NCBI GenBank assembly: GCA_027604505.1
Contig: JADIIX010000031.1
Coordinates: 124,001 to 181,586, forward strand
DNA: 57,586 nt
Source: Gonapodya sp. JEL0774
Lineage: Eukaryota
Reading direction: 5' to 3'
Below, piece after piece: positions 50,629-57,586 of this stretch; positions within the stretch are counted from its first letter, which is position 1; every line of letters begins with the position of its first letter. The notes beneath the pieces are model-generated. The model was not told the origin of the DNA, did no database searches, and saw only the letters and a program-made list of their open reading frames with translations. A program made the translations under genes and the position numbers.

Positions 50629-53199
50629 TCATATTCCCAATTCCTCCCACAGTTTCTTCTTATCTAAAAATCAGTATGCACGTTAACCACGAATTGATTT
50701 CCGCGACTCAAACCCATTACCAACTCACGGCGCACAATCGCATCATCGAGCCTGCGGTACATTTCTTCGTCCCACCCACTTCCGGGATCCAACTTCTGGG
50801 CAAGTTTCATCCGGCTCTGCTGAACGTTAAGCACGATAAGTGACAATTTCCGACAAAAACTCTCGGCTGATTGATGGAAGACTATTTCGAAGGTTGGAAT
50901 AGCGTTATCCGCGTCATCGAGTGCAGCCTTGCACAGTTTGCTGCGACGGAAACGGAACTTTTGCGCTGAGGGTCGAGACACTAACCTCTCAATGATACAA
51001 TCACTCACATATCGGGGTTAACAAAAACAGTGACCATCCTCTCAGCCGTCCTCACGATTTCTCGGGCTCCCTTGATATCCGAGCGTAAAGCCGTGCCAGT
51101 GCACACCAAAATACCTGGGTGATGCAAATCATCATAGTGAGTAATTGCAGGGGAGGGCTTGGGCGGACGAGAAACTGGAATTACGCCGACGCTGCAGTGG
51201 TTTACTGAGATACCCCAGACTCACTCGATGGTCATTGTACAGAAGCAGATTGGGTCTCAAGGGTACCCCACAAGTTCTCATACGTCTGGTAGTACCGTTT
51301 CCAAGAGTAGAAATAGTGATTCGAGAGCGTTTTCCGAGTAACCCGTCACAGACACCTACCGTTTAGTTCCTGTGACGTTTGTACAGTACTTTTCGCAAGA
51401 GGGATTTAGTAGGTCATCAACTTCGTCTGCCGATAATCTCTGAATCTTATGACATTTTGGCTAAGAAGACGCAATATTGATGTAGAATGAGCTTGTGGAT
51501 CGACTAGTTCGGGTTTTAACACCAGTCGACCTATTCGATCAAAATAACTCACACAAAAGCTCTCAGCCAAACTTCCATGCAGCTGAACGCAGATTTGCCT
51601 CTTCTCTGGCGGCACATAATCATATTCGTCCGGGTCCCCAGAAGTTTCTTGGCTGCACCACTGATCCTTCCCGCTTTCCTCTGAAGTGAACGGAGAGGAG
51701 GCAACGACACTGGGCAAGGAATCTACCGACCAGGTTGACAATGGGGATGAGTCTTCAGTACTGTGGTTGAGAAGTCGAGCCTCAATGTTATCAATGTTCT
51801 GCGAGTATACTCTGCGAAGCTAATGTCCGAGTGAAGATGTCCGAATCAAGAAGAAGAAATGTTAGAACATTGTAGTTCTTGGTACCCTATCTTTTGAACC
51901 AATTTCGTTGAAGGTACATTGTTCTTTCGACTTCGATTCCGAGTTGTACAATTCACCCAGTACTATGCTGGAGATGCTCTGCGGCAAACTCAACACTCAC
52001 CATGTCAAAACCTGCCAAGATCATTAAAAAGTCATGGTACGACGTTTTCTTGGCTTCTCGTGCGGCTTTCACAAAGTGGGCGACGACTTCCGCAAACTGA
52101 TTGACAAGGGTTGAATCAGCAAGGATGGGAGGAGTTGCCAGTCTCGGAATGACCTACTCACAACTTCTTGAGGGGCGAAATTCAGCCTTCTCGTGGTGAG
52201 TTGGGAAGTCGGATAGACCTTGCGGGCGTCGAACAGGTCCTGGGGCTGGTGGTCGCATGCGGGAAACTCAAAGCTCTGTACGGTTGAGATATATGTCTCA
52301 AATGACAATTTCGTACCTTTTGAACTGGGTGCCGAGGGTGTTATTTGTGGGAGGACTGCGATGTCGAATAACAAATGATGAGCTTACAGTATCGACGCTG
52401 CTGCTCCGTAAAACGACCCTGAAAGGTGTTGAAAATGCTGTTCCCAGAGGCAAAGTCCTGCTCAAAAGATAGATGGGATATGAATCATTGGGCGGGGTTT
52501 AACAAGCAGCAGAGTGCTCCATTCAAGAAGTGCAAAAGCACATACAGGAATACCAGCATCAAGAGAGATGCCTGCACCGGTGAGAAATACAAACGGACGT
52601 TCTGAAGGGTTGTCTTCGACGTCTGTGCCCGTTTGGGTATGAACGAAGTTGGCATCACCAGAACCACCACCACGCATGGACTTACACTCGACAAGTATTC
52701 CAAATACTGCTGTCAAACTTACGAACTCGCTCCACTTTTTTCGATCCTCGTCGGTCTTAATTTCCGATGGTTCAGTGATGTGTTCGTCCAGACCAGCCAA
52801 CCTTCGAAGGAAGGGAATGGACTTCGGGATTTCGTCTTTCGCCAGATGATATCCAGCCTTAGACGCAGATTGGACGTGGCATTGAGATTCGTCAAATTTC
52901 GCTCTTTGGGCATCTGTACCCCAAATCTGAGTTGTATGCTCGCCAGGGTAGAGGCTCACCATGACGGAATAAGGCCACGGAACGCTTAATCCAGAAATGA
53001 AATTCTCTCCCATGCTCCAATGAAATTCACGAGGACGAGGCGGAGCATCGACTGGCGGTTGTGTGTGGACAGATGGGGGCGCGACAGTCTTCGGCAATAT
53101 GTTGTATGGACCGATTCGTCTGCCCAACACGTCTGCTCCTCCAGATGGCGCATTCAGCGATTGCTGTCGAATCTGCTTCTGCTTTTTTGCAGGGGGCAT
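50629..53199 (-). CDS. Divergent Sir2-family (sirtuin) NAD-dependent deacylase, Hst3/Hst4-like
   Basis: Motifs in order across exons: VFLTGAGISLDAGIPDFAS, DLFDA, TSYHDFL, RVYSQNIDNIE, VQLHGSL, CPKC...C, LRPNLLLYND, LVCTGTAL, VFVNPD, FEIVFHQSAESFC. Two small junctions (about 52250-52390 and 51180-51225) are unresolved. Confidence 0.85.
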
Positions 53200-53317
53200 A
53201 TCCAGCGTGGGGAAGAACTTTCGATGTGAACAACCTTTGCAGGGTGACGGAGTGCAAGGACCTCCCGACAATAATGCCAGTCATATTCATACAGCCTGTT
53301 ACAAAGCATTCCAGCAA

Positions 53318-53695
53318 TCACAGTCGCTGTGAGGGCGAAAGCTGATGCCCTCGACGTGGTGAGCGTCCTGGCCGTACTGGCGACTTTAAAAAGCATTCAT
53401 TCATTCTCTCGACATCCCAGTGGCTCTGATGACACTTCACCATCAAAGCGAACTTATTCTCCACTCAACCACCTTCCACTTAAACCAAACGAAAAAGTCT
53501 GTATTAGCAATCTCATATGCATCTCCACCCCCTCCTTGGGAGGGTGACGGTAATTCTCCGCGCCACCTTGCGGCCGGCGCATCCCAGAACGCCCTCTGCA
53601 ATGACCTACCTGTTATGGTGGTCCTGGTGCAGAGGTGGAGGACGTAACTACATACATGATTCAGTGATTCTACCACCGAGTGAGCTCAAAAGCCC
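53318..53695 (-). ncRNA. Candidate Fanzor omega-RNA scaffold (structured non-coding region)
   Basis: At least seven stem-loops lie immediately 3' of the Fanzor stop on the same strand. Most contain G-U pairs that form only on the minus-strand transcript, and one is capped by a GCAA (GNRA) tetraloop. Ends are not defined. Confidence 0.6.
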
Positions 53696-53879
53696 TTTGC
53701 ATAAATTGACCCAAACTCTTCCGGAATACCAACAGCCAGCAAGCCCCAGCCCATTACTCCTGTGTACTAAAAGGAAGTGTGTATGTGGCAATGTACTTGA
53801 TCAAGTTGTAGTCCATTGATCAGTGACTGTCAGTCCTCCTTGTTCATTACTCGTTGATCCTGTCTTCATCCATCCCCAA

Positions 53880-56800
53880 TCATTTACCATCAGCTTCGCT
53901 TGGATCACTCTCCTGGGATGACTCCTCGGGTTCTTCGGTACCGCCATCCAAGTGTGGTGACTGCGCGCGGGCATTCAGCTCCCACACGTCCAGGCCCTCA
54001 TCCTCTGCACGTTGGAGTTGCTCTCGAGTAGGTCGAGCATCTCCACGATCATCACCTTGCTGACGTGATCGGCCTCTTCGAGGTGTACCACCACGGCGTG
54101 AACGATCAGCTCCCCACAATTGAGTCCGCTGTGCAGGCCGACCCCTTCCAGCACTGTCGTCGTCGTCACTCAGATCAGCTCTGCGGTTCCGGAGCCGTGC
54201 TTGACGGAGTTGTTGAACAATGTGGGGTGGTGTAGCAGGATCCGCCTCCCTCCAGTGATCGGCCTTGGGCGGGGCTGGTGGCCAGCGGGGATCAACATTC
54301 CAGTCTGGTCGGTGTCCCAGTGATGTTGAGTATGCATGCTGGGTGAGATCAAAGAAGATGGCTGACGCAGTATCCCTGTTCATGTAAACACGTTGCTGGC
54401 CACCAGGACGAGGGAGCACAAATCGTGGGTGGGTGAGGTCGTTGCAAGTGTGAACGCGCCAGGTCTTTTCGTGCTCTGAATGTTCCAAAGAGAGAGGTAG
54501 CACACGCACACACCAATCAGCCACAATGTTTTGTAGAGGCAGGTTTCGCCAGGTGTCACGACGAAAATATTCATCGCGTCTGTAAACTTTCACAACTTAC
54601 CAAGAAACCGCTCAGCACAGCGTGAGACGGGGTAGTGGTTGGTTTTGCACCACCAAGTCTTGTGCCGCAAAATTTCGCTCGTCGGGCGGTTCTGTTGTTG
54701 TCGGGTGACTCTGACGTACGCATTCGGTCGTCTCCTTTCGACACTTTGGGAAAGATTGGTAGCCAGTAGGGTTTGACAGAGTTTGGAGGACGGAGGGAAT
54801 GAAGTTACATGTATCAGTTTAGCAATATCAACACAGATCACAGAGCGTGTGATTCCATGTTGTACCACCAAGAGGGGGAGAAGGCCCTTGGTTTACTCAC
54901 GGGTGAGGGCACTTGAGGTGCCAGACTCCAGTCCAGTTGAGATAGTTGTGGCGATCTGTTTCGTACCCGATTGCGAGAGGATCTTCTGTGCTGGAGCCCT
55001 TCTCGGACACGATGATGACAGTAGTCTGCCGGAGCACGGCAAGTGCCTCAGTGGAACCCTGCATATAGAGAGGCGTTCGAGAAAAAACATGGGGGGAGGG
55101 CAAAGAATGTCGTAAAGAAAATGTTGAGTGCATTTTTGGACAGGATGCACAGGAGCAAAAACGATTGAAGCCAAGGTCAAAATCGAATTCAATTTGTCCC
55201 AACGTATCACTGTTTGTAGTACTCACTCGGAAGGACGCGGGAGCGTAAGGTCCACGCTTTTCACCTCCTCCAATTCCGATCGTGAACACAAATGGATCAT
55301 TTTCAGGCAGTAGAGAAGGCTGAGCAGCTTCGCGGCCATCTCGATCGAGTTTCTCGTGCTTGGGCCCAAACAGATTCCAATGCGCACGATTTTCTCGTCG
55401 AGTCTCGACATTGTTGCGTTCCACTGCTCTCAGACAGTAGAGCCTCGTTCTGTTGACAACATCGAAGCCGTCGGGTGATCTATGCGTTGGGTGCCTGCTC
55501 CGCTTTTTTGGGATGTACGTTCGAGAGGGCTTTCGATGCAAGATCAGATGATCGTAGAGCAGGCATGGTTGGGTTGATTGGCAATGGTTACACACTTTTT
55601 CTGTTAGATTGCCACGCAATATATAAATCACAACACGCAACATACCAAAAATCCCCTTAGATCCAGTGCGAACATCTTTTCCCCCCGTTTCCTCGCAACG
55701 TTCATGTCAAATCGAGACTTGCGAAATTTGGGACTTCTCCAAAAATAACTCATACTTGTGAGATTATTTTTGGATGTTCATGTCAAAATAACGTCGACGA
55801 ACAAAGTTTTTCAATGTGTGGAAACGTTGAGTATGTCAATCTTGTGTTTGAAAGGAGTAATGAGACAGCACAACTTACATTGCATTCGAGAGATTAACAT
55901 TGTTGAGATATTGCAGAGTCTCTTGCGTATTTGCACCATGTCGGTAGTTCCTCAAGCCCTTGACGTTCGTGATGGATTCTGAAATGAAGGTGAATCAAGT
56001 GAAAGCGTATTTGATCCATCAGTGATCAGAATGTCCGCACAAAGGGCACGAGCGCATAGTTACGCACCATTGATGTCGGGATACTCCTTGCGGGCTACTT
56101 TCTCCAAGGTTTCATGCTGGCGATGTTGAAACACCCAGCTTTAGATTTGAATTGCAGAGTGTATGGCATAATCAGCGCGAGTGTGATGGTAACCAAGGGT
56201 CCATTCAAAAAATCAGTCAACATCGTTAATGCAATCCACTGTACCACAACACTCACTTTGACAATTGTGACGAGTAGTTCGATTCTTCACGTGGCTTTTC
56301 TTTTCTTGGAGTGCTGCGTCCCGATCTACTCTGGTGGCCTGATCTGCAGCATTTTGAGGATACATGACCCCTGGAGCGGCGTTGCTTGTACCGGCAGCGG
56401 CAAGCATCTCTTGTGCGTTGCGACAGAAGCGGTGAATTTTTCGCCTGTTTCAAGATCACAACGTGTGCAATATTGGAGAAGTTTTACAATGAGGAAGCAT
56501 GAATCCACATGGAACAGAATCCCAGATCGGTAGAACCCAAGAACAGCAGCAACTCACCGGTATCAGCAGCTGCATGTCTCACCCCTGGAGCCTGAAAACG
56601 GGCTGGATGTAGGACAGTGTTTCGAAGCATGGAGACAATTTGACCTGTTGTCTCCACTGGATCTTCTGCGATGATATTGTAACCGAGCTTGGGATTCTGG
56701 CGAAAGTCTTGCCAGGTCTTGATCCGTCCTGAGTGCCACCCAAAAAAAAAGTTCGATCAAATTACTGCAATCTCTAGGCTGCTGCAGGTCTGGGTTTCCA

Positions 56801-57586
56801 AACAGGAACTTACGGCCGTGCTGATGTGCATCTTTCTCACGAATACTTTCCGTTTTGCATTCCTGTGGGAGTTTTGAGGGGTCCAATTGTAGCTTGAGAT
56901 AGGCCACTTCACCATCGTGCGAGAAGTTAATTTGTGTGACTGGAATTCCGATCCCATTGGGGTACGCTGGGCATGCTGCAAGTAAGAGTTTTATGGTGAT
57001 GCAAATTCAACAGGCACCGGGGTCAATTGGTGTTGCAAATTCACAGAGGGACAAAACACCATTTGGTTTCCAATTCCAGGTTTGACTCACCCCTTTTCAT
57101 GTTTTCCTTGTTGTAGAAGACCTTTAACTGTTGTTGCGGGTGGTTTGCTTGTGGATGTCGAACATCAACGGCGTGCAACTTGTCCTCCACTCCCCAGACC
57201 CGAAGCATGATATCGACCTTCTGTGCTGGAGTCACATTTGTACTGTGGTAAAGCTCGTGCAAGTTTCGATGATTCTGGTTCTGCAAATTTTGCGGCAAAG
57301 CGATCCGAACAGGAGATGTGAGGAAAGGGTTGTTGGGAGGAGGGTTGGTCAGGTATTGGCACAGGAGAACGGTACCAGCCCAGCCCATCTCGGAGTGATC
57401 TGGAGAAAATCAAGCGTGGACGGGAGGGGGGCGCGATCAGATTTCGAACAAAAGAGGCACGCAAAAATCCGCATGCACGGTAAGAATGTGACCAATCCAG
57501 AAATTTCAGGGGGATTGCAACTTAGCATTTTGTCTCCTTGACAGCATAAAAGCAGTTCAGTTACTCACAGACACCCCGTTTTCCAA
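53880..57586 (-). CDS. Fanzor (eukaryotic TnpB/Cas12-like RNA-guided endonuclease), intron-containing; 5' part lies outside the window
   Basis: Spliced motifs in canonical order: INFSHDGEVAYL (WED TDG-like), NIIAEDP (RuvC-I D, 56663-56661), YFWRSPKFRKSRFDMNVARKR, FTIGIGGG, TVIIVSEKGSS (RuvC-II E, 55004-55002), TWRVHTC, YMNRDTASA (RuvC-III D, 54374-54372) and GHRPDW. Eleven GT-AG introns predicted in the window. Confidence 0.8.

Larger units (their letters stand above)
46100..57586. mobile_element. Possible large Fanzor-carrying element or accessory island (boundaries unknown)
   Basis: Fanzor genes are normally transposon- or virus-borne, and the adjacent HMG and sirtuin genes are atypically divergent. 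No terminal repeat, target-site duplication or transposase is visible. The left boundary is a guess. Confidence 0.3.

Noticed and set aside
55530..55645. LTEKVCNHC in ORF 54897..55643, resembling the Fanzor TSKxCxxC zinc knuckle
   Set aside because: It falls inside a predicted phase-0 intron, lacks the preceding catalytic Glu and is out of order relative to the IGIG strand; the RuvC-II motif is VSEKGSS at about 55004.
1..57586. CRISPR arrays, tRNA or rRNA genes, LTRs or a recognisable transposase
   Set aside because: No regularly spaced repeat-spacer array, cloverleaf, rRNA-like segment, long terminal repeat or transposase/RT motif was seen by eye; a covariance or HMM search was not possible.

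Overview
Intron-rich eukaryotic DNA (GT-AG introns, fungal-type genes), most consistent with an early-diverging zoosporic fungus; the taxon is inferred, not shown. Gene models were spliced by hand, so internal exon boundaries are approximate. In order, the window holds: a large disordered protein running off the left edge; a multiply frameshifted EF-hand mitochondrial carrier; a low-complexity putative transcription factor; a CBM48 protein with two possible membrane anchors; an ankyrin-like/SH3 protein; two decayed F-box-like paralogs flanking a transcriptional cyclin and a single-pass membrane protein; WDR24/Sea2; three tandem secreted CE4 deacetylases built from two repeated modules I cannot name; a triple HMG-box gene; and a divergent Hst3/Hst4-like sirtuin. 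The main result is at the right edge (minus strand, 53880 to beyond 57586): an 11-intron gene, fragmented in the ORF track, that splices into a Fanzor (eukaryotic TnpB-like RNA-guided nuclease) with all three RuvC acidic residues. Directly downstream on the same strand is a dense hairpin cluster (about 53318-53695), a candidate omega-RNA. One Fanzor splice junction (about 56140-56560) cannot be resolved from sequence alone.
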